Shown here: in pieces, positions 63,588 through 64,000 of the stretch
How the letters are laid out: each line of letters starts with the position of its first letter
How positions within the stretch are numbered: position 1 is the first letter of the stretch
From: Podarcis erhardii
Taxonomy: Eukaryota
NCBI GenBank assembly: GCA_964252035.1
Contig: OZ176205.1
DNA: 64,000 nucleotides
Reading direction: 5' to 3' (one strand)
The notes under the pieces: model-generated
Seen by the model: only the letters and a program-made list of their open reading frames with translations
What the model was told of the DNA's origin: nothing
Database searches by the model: none
Position numbers and translations under genes: made by a program

Positions 63588-64000
63588 TAAGGGGAAGACT
63601 GGCAAGGTCTCTAGATTTGGAACAGGCTAAAGGGATAGCTATACCTTTGGATTATGTTTTTATATGTGGGGCTTGGGTGCCCCTTGTCTTGGGCACTCAG
63701 TCCTGGGGGACTGACTTTGGCTTGGTTGGAAATGGCTTTATGCCATATCTTAACCCATTTGAACCTTCAGTCTTAGCATTTCGGTCCTAGCTATGAAACA
63801 GACTTGCCTCTGCTTTCTCAGAGAAGGCTCTTGAGGATGAGCATCTTCAGCACCTGTATAGAAGGTTTTCTGCATGGAGCGAGAGGATTCAGAAAAATCC
63901 TCAATTTTCTGCATGGAGCGGAAAATCCTTAGATAAGTGGGACCATCTCATCCTCACTCTCTGTCTGTCTCTCTCTCTCCTTCCTTTCCCTCGGCTTCTT

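Overview
Squamate genomic DNA, most likely a lacertid lizard (inferred from the Sauria SINE and other repeat families). The window holds two head-to-head genes. GNAT2 (cone transducin alpha) is on the minus strand: coding exons 1-4 are present at 13684-13801, 4530-4572, 3079-3220 and 1571-1728, and I could not find exon 5 onward, which should lie left of the window. AMPD2 (AMP deaminase 2) is on the plus strand: a CpG-island promoter at about 23.9-26.6 kb, two alternative start exons (24392 and 26451) and 12 further coding exons up to 63539, with the gene continuing past the right edge. All listed exons have GT-AG boundaries and compatible phases. A 200-N gap interrupts the GNAT2 5' leader. 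Introns carry SINEs, L2 and CR1 fragments, Tc1/mariner and hAT MITEs with intact target-site duplications, and microsatellites. I see no new protein-coding gene, viral insert or true RNA gene. The best leads are regulatory and all are predictions: an AMPD2 ATG that acts as either main start or uORF depending on splicing and the length of a G13 run, a palindromic TATA box with a minus-strand donor that could feed GNAT2, a 158-nt AG-free zone before an in-frame-skippable exon, and repeat-borne ZNF143/THAP11-like motifs.
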